A stretch of DNA of 32,000 bases from Candidatus Nitrosotenuis uzonensis (GTDB lineage Archaea > Thermoproteota > Nitrososphaeria > Nitrososphaerales > Nitrosopumilaceae), in NCBI RefSeq assembly GCF_000723185.1, contig NZ_CBTY010000011.1, positions 7,403 to 39,402 of the forward strand, given 5' to 3'. The notes beneath the pieces are model-generated. The model had not been told where the DNA came from. It saw only the letters and a program-made list of their open reading frames with translations, and made no database searches. Shown piece after piece: positions 1 through 9,205 of the stretch (position 1 is the first letter of the stretch; each line of letters opens with the position of its first letter). A program made the position numbers and the translations under genes.

Positions 1-898
1 GAATCTTGTTTGCTTTTCTGATATCCATTCTGCGTCTTTTAATATGATCAAAGCTTCTCATTGGTTTGAAAACAATTTTTGACTTGCTATCAGTGATCCG
101 CATAATCAGTTTTGCTATTGACAATATAGAAGTCTCCTTACCTGTACCAAGATTGAATGTTTCATTTTTTGCCTTCGGCTCAGTAATAGCTAGAAGTATT
201 CCTTGTACTGTGTCACCTACAAATGTAAAATCTCGTGTCTCCCTTCCAGTACCCGTGATTGTAAGATGTTTGTTATGCATCGCAGACATAAAGAAGTTTG
301 GAATTACGTTACGAAATTTTCCTGGTGGATCAAACGGACCGTAAGAGTTTGACAGTCGCACTATTGTATAATCAATTCCACAGGTCTTCTTTATTGCACT
401 ACAATAGTACTCTGCCGCTAGCTTGCTTACAGCATATGGTGTCGAAGGATTTGGTCGTAGTGTTTCTGTAAAGACGTTCTCTTTTTGCGGTCCGTAAAGG
501 GATGAAGAAGAACTATACAAAAATCTTGTTGTTTTTTGTTTTGCGGCGTGCAAAAGCAGCTGTAGAGTTCCTTGTATGTTTACCCTCAAATCCTCAATCG
601 GGTTCAAAACGGACATCTCATTTGCAAAGCGCGCAGCAAGGTGGAAGATGTAATCGTATCTGGTAGCGAATGTTTTGTTGAGGGTTTTCTCGTCAGCAAT
701 ATCACCACGTATAATCTTGATATTTTTATCTAGAGGCAGATTTCCTTTTTTACTCTGTGAAAAGTCATCCAATACCACAATGTTACAGGATAGCTCAAGT
801 AGACGCCTTACGAGATTGCATCCCACTGCGCCGTTCCCACCAGTTACCAATACCGTGGAACCGCGGATAGAGCTTAGATTACTGCGCTTTTGACTCAC
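1..898 (-). CDS. NAD-dependent epimerase/dehydratase (extended SDR); C-terminal end lies beyond the left window edge
   Basis: Absent from the ORF track because it has no stop codon in the window. My minus-strand translation from GTG 896-898 reads VSQKRSNLSSIRGSTVLVTGGNGAVGCNLVRRLL..IIRGDIADEKTLNK..PYAVSKLAAEYY..TGTGRETRDFTFV. It has a Rossmann GxxGxxG and a YxxxK catalytic motif. The GTG overlaps the TGA stop of the upstream gene (GTGA, 895-898). Track ORFs 66..344 and 675..893 (+) are antisense artefacts. Confidence 0.85.
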   Translation of the reverse strand, partial: MSQKRSNLSSIRGSTVLVTGGNGAVGCNLVRRLLELSCNIVVLDDFSQSKKGNLPLDKNIKIIRGDIADEKTLNKTFATRYDYIFHLAARFANEMSVLNPIEDLRVNIQGTLQLLLHAAKQKTTRFLYSSSSSLYGPQKENVFTETLRPNPSTPYAVSKLAAEYYCSAIKKTCGIDYTIVRLSNSYGPFDPPGKFRNVIPNFFMSAMHNKHLTITGTGRETRDFTFVGDTVQGILLAITEPKAKNETFNLGTGKETSILSIAKLIMRITDSKSKIVFKPMRSFDHIKRRRMDIRKANKI

Positions 899-2244
899 TT
901 TCTCAACCCCGGATAGCCAATTGCAAGATATGTAAGCGATATTGAACGTGCCAGATTGCCATCAAACATTCTTCTGGTGTCTACCACTACAGGAGTAGAA
1001 AGCTTGCTCTTGATTGAATCAAGATCTGCGTTCCTGAAAGTATTATGATCTGTGATAATCACCAGAGCATCACTTCCTTCTACAGCACCCCACATGTCGG
1101 ACACTTTTGTACCCCCGAAGCTTTCCTGCGTATAAGGATCAAATACAATCACATGTGAGCCTTGTCGAATCAGCTCTGAGATTACCATCTTAGCTGGGCT
1201 GAACCTAGTGTCGCTGACATTTGCCTTATACGCAACTCCCCATATTCCTATTTTTGAATCAGATAGTGATTTTCCGTGAAATGATAATCCGGACGCAATC
1301 AGATCAACCACACGTCTTGGCATAGAATCATTGACGTTTCTGGCATGTTGTATAATCTTGGATTCGATTGTATTGCCTCCATGTGGATTCAATAATAGAT
1401 ATGGATCTTTTGGAAGACATGGTCCACCAACTCCCGGTCCTGCACTGTGAAGGTTTACTCTAGGATGCGAATTACATACTGTCTGTAACTCCTTAAAGTC
1501 AATTCCATATATTTCACAGATCAAGCTCACCTCGTTTGCAAGTGCCACGTTTACGTCTCGATATGTATTTTCTACCAGTTTTGATATCTCTGCGATCCTT
1601 ACATCCGTAGTTATTACTTGTCCGCTAATCATCTTTTTGTACAAGGATTGTGCTAAATGACCAGAAGCAATATCATGGAATCCTATCACTCTTGGGGTTG
1701 TGCGTATTTCTCTTGTGGCGCTTCCAGGAGCAAGTCTTTCCGGCACAAATGCTGCCCATACATTATCCCCCAACATGTTTTTCTTTTGTAGATGTGGAAG
1801 TATCATGTCCTCAAATGTGCCTGGCGGAATGGAGCTTTCAATTATTACCAATTTTCCTTCAAGGAAACTGTTTGCAAGAATTTGCATTATGTCTTCAAGA
1901 TACGACATGTCAGGTCTTACATGCTCTGTAAGTGGCGTTGGAACGCAGACAATAATCACGTCACATTCCCTGATTAGCTCTTCTGTCCTCTCTACTGTAT
2001 GAAATTTATTGTTCTGAAGACATTTATGTAAAAGATCTGCTAGCCCTTCTTCCTCAAATGGTATTGCACCTTTAGCTAAGCCATCTAGGAGATTCTTGTT
2101 TACATCGTTTCCAGTTACGCTAAATCCCGCATCTGCAAAACTTAGTGCTGTCGGAAGACCCACTTGACCAAGACCTATTATACCTAGTTTTGCCCTCTTA
2201 CTCTCAATCAGTTCGAGAAGGTAACGATATTTTTCTGACATCAT
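895..2244 (-). CDS. wecC: Nucleotide-sugar 6-dehydrogenase (UDP-glucose/GDP-mannose dehydrogenase family), most likely UDP-N-acetyl-D-mannosamine dehydrogenase
   Basis: 449 aa with N-terminal Rossmann GIIGLGQVGLP, catalytic-Cys motif GGPCLPKD and C-terminal domain IGIWGVAYKANVSDTRFSP. It lies in a locus with a WecB-type 2-epimerase. The substrate assignment is inferred from that context. Confidence 0.85.
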   Translation of the reverse strand: MMSEKYRYLLELIESKRAKLGIIGLGQVGLPTALSFADAGFSVTGNDVNKNLLDGLAKGAIPFEEEGLADLLHKCLQNNKFHTVERTEELIRECDVIIVCVPTPLTEHVRPDMSYLEDIMQILANSFLEGKLVIIESSIPPGTFEDMILPHLQKKNMLGDNVWAAFVPERLAPGSATREIRTTPRVIGFHDIASGHLAQSLYKKMISGQVITTDVRIAEISKLVENTYRDVNVALANEVSLICEIYGIDFKELQTVCNSHPRVNLHSAGPGVGGPCLPKDPYLLLNPHGGNTIESKIIQHARNVNDSMPRRVVDLIASGLSFHGKSLSDSKIGIWGVAYKANVSDTRFSPAKMVISELIRQGSHVIVFDPYTQESFGGTKVSDMWGAVEGSDALVIITDHNTFRNADLDSIKSKLSTPVVVDTRRMFDGNLARSISLTYLAIGYPGLRK

Positions 2245-2298
2245 TTTTGTTTGGAATTTCCCAACCTAATATATTATAGGTATGAAGGGCTTACAGCT

Positions 2299-3540
2299 AT
2301 GATAGATATTAAGAACACATTAGAAAAATGCATTAGATTTCTGCAGAGTTCATTGTGTATTGACGATTCAAAAACCAGAGCACGTGGAGGATTTTTTGGA
2401 TTCCAGAATACAGTCAAGCCGCTAAGAAAGACTGATGAGCCATTCATTTTTTATGAGATAACAGGATATGGAATCAATCTTTTGTTGAAGTTAAATCAAT
2501 GGTATGGAGAACCACATTTTTTGAATCTGGCGCATGATGCAGCTGATTGCATCATAAAGGCCCAAATTGATTATAACGAGCCAAATATAGGAGGAGCAAT
2601 CTACGACAGATACTATCCTGCCCAAGACAAGTACTTTCCGACATTTCACGCCTATCCAAACGCAGTATGTGCAGGCGCGTTGTGTGAGCTATACAAACAT
2701 ACCAAAAACCCTCGCCTTAAGGAAAGTGCTGTTCACATCAAAGATTGGTTATTTCGCAATAGTGTAAAAAAAGGAAATTCATGCATTGGTTTTAACGAAT
2801 TCTACAGTGCCGGTAAACCATCTCAGAAGCTGTTTCCGTATGAGTCCATCTGTATCCCATTCATACTCTTAAAATTCCAAGACGAGTTTGAGCTCACCCC
2901 TACGCAAAAAGATGAGCTTTTTGAGTCGATTAGATGGGCTATAAGCTCACAAACTGATGAAGGTTTTTTTCCATTCTTTTATCATTTGCAAAAACAAAAG
3001 TATAACACTACTGCATATTCACACTTTACAATCTATCCACTTTACAATCTCATGGGCTATCCGCTTGCAGAATTGGAGGATATTGGAGTGAATACCAGTT
3101 TTGATACTTACAAAAAATGTGCGCAGTGGATGTTAAGGGTTCAGGATTCTAACGGTGGCTTCTACACTTATTATCATGGGAATAAGCGTGTCTGGCACCA
3201 ACAGTCACCCGCAGCTGGACAGGCATTGTGCGCATTTACGCTCATGTACGAAAAAACTGACGACCGCAGATATCTTGAAGCAGCAAGGAATGCTGGACAA
3301 TGGCTTGCTCAAAATCAGATAAACGAAGGTAACTTTTCAGGCGGTTTTTACTGGATATATCCAAACAAAAAATTTAGTAGTATACAAAAAAACATAATGT
3401 ATGCAAAAGAGCGTATCAAAAGTAGGATAATCGAATATGAACAAATTGACGATGTCACTGTATTGCTCGATAAGGTACCCATCTGGCCAGTCCAATTTGC
3501 CATAGAGGGATTGTATAGACTAGACAGGATTGAATCCTAA
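2299..3540 (+). CDS. Hypothetical protein, probable (alpha/alpha)6-toroid repeat fold (prenyltransferase/terpene-cyclase-like, LanC-like or N-acylglucosamine-2-epimerase-like); family unassigned
   Basis: The track ORF starts at TTG 2251. The first in-frame ATG is 2299 (MIDIKNTLEK), about 27 nt downstream of the A/T box taatatattata (2267-2278). Recurrent Gly/aromatic motifs run along the protein: RGGFFGF, IGGAIYDRY, QTDEGFFPFFY, QDSNGGFYTYY, FSGGFYWIY. Confidence 0.75.
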   Translation: MIDIKNTLEKCIRFLQSSLCIDDSKTRARGGFFGFQNTVKPLRKTDEPFIFYEITGYGINLLLKLNQWYGEPHFLNLAHDAADCIIKAQIDYNEPNIGGAIYDRYYPAQDKYFPTFHAYPNAVCAGALCELYKHTKNPRLKESAVHIKDWLFRNSVKKGNSCIGFNEFYSAGKPSQKLFPYESICIPFILLKFQDEFELTPTQKDELFESIRWAISSQTDEGFFPFFYHLQKQKYNTTAYSHFTIYPLYNLMGYPLAELEDIGVNTSFDTYKKCAQWMLRVQDSNGGFYTYYHGNKRVWHQQSPAAGQALCAFTLMYEKTDDRRYLEAARNAGQWLAQNQINEGNFSGGFYWIYPNKKFSSIQKNIMYAKERIKSRIIEYEQIDDVTVLLDKVPIWPVQFAIEGLYRLDRIES

Positions 3541-4625
3541 CCAAGACGATCTTTCAGAATATTTAGAATTCTTTCTGATGCATTACCAGACCCGTACGGA
3601 CTTGACCTTACTACTATCTTTGGGTTATCTACAGTTCTCTTTATAGCTCTCAGTATACTTTGTGTGTCAACACCTACGAGTTCTGAATGCCCTGTTTCTA
3701 ATCCCTCGGGCCTATCCGTTGTCTTTCTTGTGATTAGTACTTTTTTCCTAATCTTAGGTGAAGTTGCTTCCTCCTGTATACCCCCAGAGTCAGTTACAAT
3801 AAAATCACATTTTTTCAAAAGATAAAGCATGTCAAAATAGCCTATTGCGGAAATTAATGAGACTGTCTTTGAACTCTTTATTTTCTCAAGCATACCGAAC
3901 TGTCGTAATCTTTGCACAGTTCTTGGATGCGCAGGAAGAATAACTCTCAATGGTGAGTCCATGAGCGCCTTCATTATTGAATAAAGCGTTGTTTTGTCAT
4001 CTACGTTCTCCCCTCGATGCAGGGTTGCCAGAATGAATTTGCCATTGAGAACGTTAAGTTTATTCTTCTTTTGTGCGTTTGCAATGTTTTGCTCTACCGC
4101 ATCAATTGAAGTGTTTCCAGTTACATAGGCTTTTCCGTGTACTTTCTCATCAAGTAGAGTCTTTTTTGCTTTGATGGTGGGAGCAAATAACCATTCTGAG
4201 ATATGATCAACTGCAATTCTGTTATGCTCTTCTGGCATTCTCCAATCATAGCTACGTAATCCTGCCTCCACGTGACTCACAGGGATATTACATTTTATGC
4301 TAGTTATAGCGGCTGCAAGAACAGTGTTAGTATCACCTTGGACTAGCACTGTGTCAGGATTAATTTCAGATAGGATTTTTGCAAGCTTTAGTATTATTTC
4401 ACCAGTTTGTGTTGCTCTATCAGTGTTTGTATTTTGGAGTTTTGTGAGCTTCATTTTGTATTCTGGCTCTCTCATACCCAATTCCTCGATGAATCGTAAA
4501 CTCATGTCAAAATCATAATGTTGTCCAGTATAGATGACCACACTTTCATTTTTCTTTGTTTTGTTGATGATGGGAGCCATCTTGATGATCTCAGGTCTTG
4601 TTCCCAACACAAAAGCTAGTTTCAT
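3537..4625 (-). CDS. wecB: UDP-N-acetylglucosamine 2-epimerase (non-hydrolysing)
   Basis: 362 aa with MKLAFVLGTRPEIIKMAPII, VSHVEAGLRSYDWRMPEEHNR and TDSGGIQEE motifs typical of WecB/MnaA. The start overlaps the stop of the upstream GT4 gene (ATGA at 4622-4625). Confidence 0.9.
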   Translation of the reverse strand: MKLAFVLGTRPEIIKMAPIINKTKKNESVVIYTGQHYDFDMSLRFIEELGMREPEYKMKLTKLQNTNTDRATQTGEIILKLAKILSEINPDTVLVQGDTNTVLAAAITSIKCNIPVSHVEAGLRSYDWRMPEEHNRIAVDHISEWLFAPTIKAKKTLLDEKVHGKAYVTGNTSIDAVEQNIANAQKKNKLNVLNGKFILATLHRGENVDDKTTLYSIMKALMDSPLRVILPAHPRTVQRLRQFGMLEKIKSSKTVSLISAIGYFDMLYLLKKCDFIVTDSGGIQEEATSPKIRKKVLITRKTTDRPEGLETGHSELVGVDTQSILRAIKRTVDNPKIVVRSSPYGSGNASERILNILKDRLG

Positions 4626-5674
4626 AATTGTCGATCAGATCTTTGATATTTTGATTGGTCTAGGACAGATTCATAGATATCTAGGTAAAGTTTTCCAACG
4701 TGGCTCCAGTCATATTTTTCAACTTCAGATTTTGCATTATTTATAATACTAATTGTATTTTTTTTATCAGATAGTAATTCTGTTATTTTGCGGACAAATT
4801 CTTCATAGTTATGAGGATCAAACAAAAATCCAGTAATGCCATTCTTGATTACTTCACCATTACCGCCTACGTTTGAGGCTACCACTGCAGTGCCGCATGC
4901 CATGGCCTCTAGGATTGTCGTGCTAATTCCTTCTGCCAATGACGGTTGAATCAGAATATCTGATCCCCGTATCAATGAAATTGTCTTTTCTTTTGACTTA
5001 TACCCGAGAAAGTGTACGTTGTTCTGTATTTCAGCAAGATCGCGCATCTTTGCCTCCTCTGGACCCGAACCCAATACAATCAAGTGTATGTCTGTAGGTA
5101 ACATTCTAGCAATTTTTACTAATGTATCTATACCTTTTTCCTTTGAGAGGCGTCCAGCAAAAATGATCTGTTTTTCATAAAGTCTATCCACATTTTGTGG
5201 GAGTGATTTTACATCAATTGCGTTAGGCACTTGTTTGATATTAGTTACCATCTTTGAGTAAAAGTCGAATGCTTCCTTTGATATTACGGTCACTATATCG
5301 GCCCACCCAAGTGCATCCCTCTCATATTTTTCCGAGATTGTACCTGTGGTTTTACCATGAATCTCATCAATCTGTCTTGAAAATACTCCGTGAAGTGTAA
5401 GGACTTTCTTTCCATATATGTTCTTCATAGCAAGTGCAGCAGGGACGTTATGAGCGTGCACTATATCATATTTTTTTTTGAATTTTGTTTTCAAATATGA
5501 TGATAACATAAAGCTTGGATTACGCAATCCCTTAATAGGAATGGTAAACGTGTTCTCTGACGATATTATATCTACATCATAGTTCATGCTTTTTAGATAT
5601 TTTGCAAGACCTGAAACATGCTGTGCGATTCCTCCAATTCCTGTTTGTGTTGGCGAAATTATGAGAATCCTCAC
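4622..5674 (-). CDS. Glycosyltransferase, GT4 family (GT-B fold)
   Basis: 350 aa with C-terminal EGISTTILEAMACGTAVVASNVGGNGEVI (the E-x7-E region of GT4 enzymes). GTG start at 5674. Translationally coupled to wecB. Confidence 0.85.
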   Translation of the reverse strand: MRILIISPTQTGIGGIAQHVSGLAKYLKSMNYDVDIISSENTFTIPIKGLRNPSFMLSSYLKTKFKKKYDIVHAHNVPAALAMKNIYGKKVLTLHGVFSRQIDEIHGKTTGTISEKYERDALGWADIVTVISKEAFDFYSKMVTNIKQVPNAIDVKSLPQNVDRLYEKQIIFAGRLSKEKGIDTLVKIARMLPTDIHLIVLGSGPEEAKMRDLAEIQNNVHFLGYKSKEKTISLIRGSDILIQPSLAEGISTTILEAMACGTAVVASNVGGNGEVIKNGITGFLFDPHNYEEFVRKITELLSDKKNTISIINNAKSEVEKYDWSHVGKLYLDIYESVLDQSKYQRSDRQL

Positions 5675-5713
5675 AAGATCAAATCAAGTAGCATATCTTT
5701 TAAGGTATTAGAT

Positions 5714-6634
5714 TCATTTAGTTTCTAGCATCAAAACGCCGCTATCAAATACATGTTTTAGCCATTCTTCCAAGCTGGTTTGTGGTTTCCAGTTCAATTT
5801 TTTTATCAAGGCAATATCTGCCTGACTTTGCATTACATCACCTTCTAGTGCGTCATCGTATGTGGGTTTTATATCAAGCCCAGACATACGAATCATCATA
5901 TCAGCCAGATCCTTTATTGATATGGCTGTGCCAGATCCCACGTTAAAAGTTCCTTGACTATCACTTAGCATAGCTAAAAGGTTTGCTCTTACCACATCAT
6001 CTACAGATACAAAATCTCTGATCTGGTTGCCATCTCCATGTATAATTGGAGGTTTTTTGTTAGCAAGATTTTCCAAAAATTTTGATATTACGCCTGCATA
6101 GGCTTTGTTCTGGCCTTGTCCAAATACGTTAAAGTATCTTAGAACTGTTATTCTAACTCCAAGCTTGGCATATTTTTCACAAAGCTTTTCGCATTCTAGC
6201 TTGGTTTGACCATAGGGATTGAGCGGGTTTTTTTGTGCATCCTCTGATATTGGTATCTTGGATGCATTACCATATACGCTTGCACTACTGGCAAAAACCA
6301 CCTTGAACCCAAATTCTTTTGCAAGTTTTAGTATGTTTTCAGTTCCAAGAACGTTAACTTTGTAATACAGTTCTTTGTTTGCAAAAGATTCTTGAACGTC
6401 AGTTAACCCTGCTTGGTGGAATATTCCATCAACATCTTTCACAATTTCTTTTAACTTTTCATAGTCGAGTATGTCGGTTTTGTAAAATTCTATCTTGTTA
6501 ATTATTGGCAAAAGGTTTTTTAGATTTCCAGAGCATAGATTGTCGATCACGCCCACCCTGTGCCCTTTGTCAACAAGCAGTTTTACCAGATGATTTCCGA
6601 TAAAACCTGCACCGCCCGTAACTATGAAATTCAT
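5714..6634 (-). CDS. NAD-dependent nucleotide-sugar epimerase (GalE-like extended SDR)
   Basis: 306 aa with MNFIVTGGAGFIGNHLV Rossmann motif and PYGQTKLECE (YxxxK). Confidence 0.85.
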   Translation of the reverse strand: MNFIVTGGAGFIGNHLVKLLVDKGHRVGVIDNLCSGNLKNLLPIINKIEFYKTDILDYEKLKEIVKDVDGIFHQAGLTDVQESFANKELYYKVNVLGTENILKLAKEFGFKVVFASSASVYGNASKIPISEDAQKNPLNPYGQTKLECEKLCEKYAKLGVRITVLRYFNVFGQGQNKAYAGVISKFLENLANKKPPIIHGDGNQIRDFVSVDDVVRANLLAMLSDSQGTFNVGSGTAISIKDLADMMIRMSGLDIKPTYDDALEGDVMQSQADIALIKKLNWKPQTSLEEWLKHVFDSGVLMLETK

Positions 6635-6803
6635 AAAAATCTGTTAGAATGCAGGTCTTTAAGTTTTAAAATTATGACTGCTCAGATAGAATTTGCAGAT
6701 TAAGAGTAATAAGCAAAATCTACATTACATCTGGTACTAGGTGGAATGTCTGAATTTTGCATTTGTTCCAAATTTAAATACGTGTACGTGTATTGTATAT
6801 TAT

Positions 6804-7037
6804 ATGCCTACAAGGTCACTTACAATAAAAGAAGAGGCGTACCAAGCCCTCAAAACCAAGAAGAAAAAGGGCGAGTCATTTACCGATGTCATACTACGGC
6901 TAGCTGAGAACACAGGCAGTGCGCGTAAATTGCTTGAAATGATGGACGAGTTGCATTCCCCTAATCTTGCAGATGATATTGAGGTAGCAAGCAAAAAGTT
7001 TCGTAAAAATTTCAAGACCCGCAACGTAAAGCTGTGA
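6804..7037 (+). CDS. vapB: VapB-type antitoxin (archaeal small 'putative antitoxin' family)
   Basis: The track ORF 6741..7037 is trimmed to ATG 6804, which is preceded by the A/T-rich box aaatttaaata. The N-terminus TRSLTIKEEAYQALKTKKKKGESFTDVILRL is the pattern I recognise from archaeal antitoxins paired with PIN toxins. It ends 6 nt before a PIN gene. Confidence 0.7.
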   Translation: MPTRSLTIKEEAYQALKTKKKKGESFTDVILRLAENTGSARKLLEMMDELHSPNLADDIEVASKKFRKNFKTRNVKL

Positions 7038-7043
7038 GCATTA

Positions 7044-7424
7044 TTGGTTTGTCTTGATACGGATTTTTTGGTTGCGTATTTGAGAGGAGATCCTGCTGCC
7101 AAGTCCAAGCTAGAAGACCTTTATCACAGACAAGAACCGATACACACGACGACAATAAACGCCTATGAGGTCTACAAAGGAGCTTATAGAGCAAACCGTG
7201 CAAGTGAGCTTGCAAAAGTTGAAAAATTACTTGATGCACTCATAATTCTGGTATTTGATAGAAACTCAGCAAAGTCGGCCGGAAACCTTGAGAACAAGTC
7301 AAGTCCCATCGGAGAATCAGACCTTCTTATTGCAAGTATCGCCGTTTCAAACAAGCAGATACTAGTTACACGTAACAAAAAGCATTTTGAAAAGATTTCA
7401 GGATTAAAAATCGAAAGCTGGTAG
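7044..7424 (+). CDS. vapC: VapC PIN-domain ribonuclease toxin
   Basis: 126 aa with a TTG start. PIN acidic residues sit in the expected order: LDTDFLV, AYEVY, ESDLLIA, TRNKKHF. Confidence 0.8.
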   Translation: MVCLDTDFLVAYLRGDPAAKSKLEDLYHRQEPIHTTTINAYEVYKGAYRANRASELAKVEKLLDALIILVFDRNSAKSAGNLENKSSPIGESDLLIASIAVSNKQILVTRNKKHFEKISGLKIESW

Positions 7425-9089
7425 CTACATTACAGCCTGTGAAGCCTGGTGGAACATCTGGCTTTTTGCGCAGCCGGCTGCAAGCTCATCGCCTGCTCCT
7501 CTTCTCATCAGTCCTCGGTACAGACCGTCTTCTAGTTTGACGCCCTCTCTTTGTTCCCATTCCTCGACCGTGATGGAGTATTTCTTTTGGATTCTGTCAC
7601 GGTACCATTCCGGAATGACGTTGAATGCGCAAAACGGAATGATTCTCAAGTCTGGTGTCAGATAGTGTATGTCGCATCTTTGCAGCCTCTCAAGGTCCTC
7701 GTTATACTTGTCCTGGAAGTGCATCATGCCCAAGAACAGGCCCTTTACGTGCCAAGAGCCGACAGCATCAAAGGATCTCTTCATCAGAATGTTGCCGAAC
7801 ATCTTTGCCAAATCAAGGCCCGCTGGCTGCTTTTTCTTATCAACAAAGCTTGAAAGCTTTCTTACCACCTCTAGCATGGTAAAGTACTTGTTCTTGCCTG
7901 AGCGTATCTCTTCAGCTTTATCCTCGAATAATTCAAGCATTCCCTGTATGTCGCAGAACTTGGTCAGCGGGACGAACTTTTTGGTCTCTGCGTCCTCGAA
8001 TACGTACGTTCCTGCACCACACGCAAAGTGAATTGACAGCTCGTATTTTGGCTTGCTGGAAAATGCCTCAATTACATTTGTGAGTGGCATGCAGCTTGGC
8101 ACTGGGAACCAGTCATCTACTGTTACTTCTCCGCCAGTCTGCTCCTCAATTCTCTGGATACAATCAGGTATGGTGATTCTGTACTTTTCACGCTCTGCCT
8201 TGCCCATCCTTCCGGTAAGCGATACCGGCTGGAAGTTAACTGCATGTACTACATCCATGTTCTTTTGCGCGTATCTGATGATGCCGCCAAGTTCATGGTC
8301 GTTGATTGACTTGATTACTGTAGGAACGAAAACTACGGTAGTGCCAGTCTTTCTGCAAGAGTCAAGCGCATAAGGAATCTCCCAGTGGTTCTTGGGGTTT
8401 GTCCTTGCAGTGACACCGTCAAATGACAGGTACAAATTGTTGCATCCTGCAAGCCTTACCTCGCGCGCTGCCTCTGGGTCCATGGCATGTCTGATGCCGT
8501 TTGTGTTCATCTGGACATGATCAACGCCCTCTTGCTTCATTATCTTGATAACATCTGTGATATCGTCTCGTAGCATCGGCTCGCCTCCGGTAATCTGGAT
8601 AGAGTTGCCAGGAATCGGCCTTTCTGCCTTGAGCGTCTTCATCATGGCTCTTACCTGGTCAAGTTCCGGCTCGTACATGTACGCGCCCTCAAGACCCTTC
8701 TTTACGTAAAAGAAGCAGTACCAGCATGTAAGATCGCATCTGTTGGTAACTATCATGTTTGCAAGGCCGCTGTGTGATAAATGGTTTGAGCACAGGCCGC
8801 AGTTGTTAGGACAGGAGCATTTTTCTATCATCACGTTTGGTGCGTGGGCGCCTTTTCCGTCTGCCCAGTACGTGCTGAATTTCTTGTACATATCGTATGA
8901 TCCAAAGTACAGCTCTTCGCACTCGCCGTGGGTGGGGCATGTCTTGCTCATAAAGACGCGTCCGTCCCTCTCAAATACCTCTGCATCAAGTATCATGTTG
9001 CAGTCAGGGCAGATGCTCTGGGTAAATCGTATGGTTGATTTCTTGCCAAGAATTTTAGTCGAATTTCTTGAAAGCTGAATTAGCGACAT
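7425..9089 (-). CDS. Radical SAM enzyme with N-terminal Cys4 knuckle and auxiliary Cys cluster; probable tetraether-lipid synthase (Tes / GDGT-MAS) homologue
   Basis: 554 aa with a CX3CX2C motif (C118, C122, C125 in NRCDLTCWYC) and a GGE motif (ITGGEPMLR). Upstream it carries C27-x2-C30..C51-P-x-H-G-x-C57 and C91-x-C93-x3-C97-x2-C100 (CSCPNNCGLCSNH). This architecture matches what I recall for the large archaeal radical-SAM family that includes GDGT-MAS/Tes. The radical SAM call is near certain. The Tes assignment is about 0.5. Confidence 0.7.
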   Translation of the reverse strand: MSLIQLSRNSTKILGKKSTIRFTQSICPDCNMILDAEVFERDGRVFMSKTCPTHGECEELYFGSYDMYKKFSTYWADGKGAHAPNVMIEKCSCPNNCGLCSNHLSHSGLANMIVTNRCDLTCWYCFFYVKKGLEGAYMYEPELDQVRAMMKTLKAERPIPGNSIQITGGEPMLRDDITDVIKIMKQEGVDHVQMNTNGIRHAMDPEAAREVRLAGCNNLYLSFDGVTARTNPKNHWEIPYALDSCRKTGTTVVFVPTVIKSINDHELGGIIRYAQKNMDVVHAVNFQPVSLTGRMGKAEREKYRITIPDCIQRIEEQTGGEVTVDDWFPVPSCMPLTNVIEAFSSKPKYELSIHFACGAGTYVFEDAETKKFVPLTKFCDIQGMLELFEDKAEEIRSGKNKYFTMLEVVRKLSSFVDKKKQPAGLDLAKMFGNILMKRSFDAVGSWHVKGLFLGMMHFQDKYNEDLERLQRCDIHYLTPDLRIIPFCAFNVIPEWYRDRIQKKYSITVEEWEQREGVKLEDGLYRGLMRRGAGDELAAGCAKSQMFHQASQAVM

Positions 9090-9113
9090 TGCTAAACTGG
9101 AATCTTCCGATAT

Positions 9114-9123
9114 GCTATATAAC
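9114..9123 (-). promoter_or_regulatory. TATA-like box for the radical SAM gene
   Basis: gctatataac is centred about 29 nt upstream of the ATG at 9089 on the minus strand. No Shine-Dalgarno sequence is present. Confidence 0.4.
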
Positions 9124-9170
9124 GTATTTCACACTGTACCCCGTTGGATTTGGTAGCTTGACGCCTGAGC

Positions 9171-9181
9171 AATTTAAATAG
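9171..9181 (+). promoter_or_regulatory. TATA-like box for the trmB-dtxR operon
   Basis: aatttaaatag is centred about 30 nt upstream of ATG 9206. A small inverted repeat ccgat-tag-atcgg (9191-9203) lies between the box and the ATG. Confidence 0.4.
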
Positions 9182-9205
9182 ACAGAAAATCCGATTAGAT
9201 CGGGC

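Noticed and set aside
66-893. Track ORFs 66..344 and 675..893 on the + strand.
   Set aside because: The minus strand encodes an uninterrupted SDR epimerase/dehydratase with GxxGxxG and YxxxK motifs running off the window edge. The + strand ORFs are its shadows.
3530-3540. The same 11-mer ttgaatcctaa occurs at two convergent gene junctions (3530-3540 and 13613-13623). In each, the + strand TAA and the - strand TAG stops overlap as CTAA.
   Set aside because: It is explained by both + strand proteins ending in (I/V)-E-S and by compact convergent packing. An 11-mer match is too short to argue for a shared element.
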